Shown in pieces: positions 33,965 through 34,810 of a DNA stretch of 34,810 bases. The position numbers and the translations under genes are program-made. The stretch is from Candidatus Thorarchaeota archaeon (GTDB lineage: Archaea > Asgardarchaeota > Thorarchaeia > Thorarchaeales > Thorarchaeaceae), in contig JBHLRZ010000030.1 in NCBI GenBank assembly GCA_048882045.1, positions 1 through 34,810 on the forward strand, given 5' to 3'. The stretch's first letter is position 1, and each line of letters opens with the position of its first letter. The notes under the pieces were generated by a model. The model was not told where the DNA came from, searched no databases, and saw nothing but the letters and a program-made list of their open reading frames with translations.

Positions 33965-34810
33965 TCAAGCTGATTCTATTGCGGACTTGACGACCTGTTC
34001 AGCTGTTCTCAGAATCTCCTTCACTATGTCCTCTGTGGGACCTTCACAGGTGATTCTGATTACTGGCTCTGTTCCTGAAGGTCTCACAAGCACCCATCCC
34101 TGTTTCAGTGAGATTCCAAGCCCATCCACTGTGATGACATCCACCCTGTCCTTCAACTTCTCTGGCAATTCAGTTGTCAATCTGTCCATGACTGATTGCT
34201 TCTTCTCGTTCGGACACTTCAGTTTGCTCCTGAGGAGCGGATATTGTGGAATGTCTTTAATCAGTTGGCCAAAACTCTTTCCGGTTTGTGCCATGAGTTC
34301 GAGGACTCTGCATGTAGCCAAGAATGGTTCTGGTGCAAGATGCGCTTCAGGAAAGATATAGACCCCACAGGCCTCTCCTCCAATGACTCCCTTTGCTTCA
34401 CCCACCTTGATAGCCACTTGTATATCTCCGACTGGAGTGCGAATTGTTTTTCCACCAGCCTTCTCAACAGTTTCATCCAAGACCAATGAGCTGTCCACCG
34501 TAGTAACAACCGTCTTCTCTGTTGACCCTTTCAGCATCTGCTCTGCAAGGAGAGCAATCGTTCTGTCTCCTCGAATCACCTCCCCTTCCTCAGTGACGAA
34601 CACGACTCTATCAGAGTCTCCATCATGAGCGATTCCAAGGTCTGCACCCGTCTTCTTGATCATGTCCATGAGGTCTCCTAGAGACTCTTCTTCTGGTTCA
34701 GAGGGTCTTCCTGGAAAGTGACCGTCTAGTTGTCCGTTTATTGTGACAACATTGCAGTTGAGACGTTGCATCAGATATGGAGTGAGTACACATGCCGCTC
34801 CGTTTCCTGG
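33965..34810 (-). CDS. Phosphohexomutase (phosphoglucosamine mutase/PMM-PGM family); partial, 5' end off the right edge
   Basis: PGNGAA, FPGR.SEP, metal loop DGDSDR, T.VGD, GGEACG and WVLVRPSGTEPVIRI. The frame is open to 34810. Confidence 0.92.
   Translation of the reverse strand, partial: PGNGAACVLTPYLMQRLNCNVVTINGQLDGHFPGRPSEPEEESLGDLMDMIKKTGADLGIAHDGDSDRVVFVTEEGEVIRGDRTIALLAEQMLKGSTEKTVVTTVDSSLVLDETVEKAGGKTIRTPVGDIQVAIKVGEAKGVIGGEACGVYIFPEAHLAPEPFLATCRVLELMAQTGKSFGQLIKDIPQYPLLRSKLKCPNEKKQSVMDRLTTELPEKLKDRVDVITVDGLGISLKQGWVLVRPSGTEPVIRITCEGPTEDIVKEILRTAEQVVKSAIESA

Overview
A gene-dense archaeal chromosomal segment, most consistent with an Asgard archaeon (Thorarchaeia-like). This is an inference from the archaeal TrmI, A/V-type ATP synthase subunits, TATA-type promoters, a TACK-type 'cren protein' and several orphan helical or membrane proteins. 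From left to right it holds: partial moaA and a tupABC tungstate ABC transporter, both carrying a shared ModE-box-like operator; a Cys-rich 4Fe-4S protein; a divergent peptide deformylase; a UPF0182 membrane protein; an NDP-sugar epimerase; a GIY-YIG protein; an FGGY kinase; a LarA-family racemase/epimerase; a split, multi-orientation A/V-ATPase membrane/stator cluster (C, K, E, G/H, I) with an AtpZ/AtpI-like 2-TM gene nearby; a three-gene unit ending in a 779-aa alpha-solenoid; trmI; a HerA/FtsK-like ATPase with an acidic hinge; pyrF; a PLP aminotransferase; a complete bacillithiol-type cluster (bshC, bshA, bshB) with unusual features; a small coiled-coil protein ending in an Ena/VASP F-actin-binding-like motif; and a partial phosphohexomutase. 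No rRNA, tRNA, CRISPR array or intact mobile element was seen. The best candidates for novelty are the VASP-FAB-like protein, the archaeal bacillithiol variant pathway and the ModE-like Mo/W regulon. All family calls are by motif recognition from memory; no database search was run.
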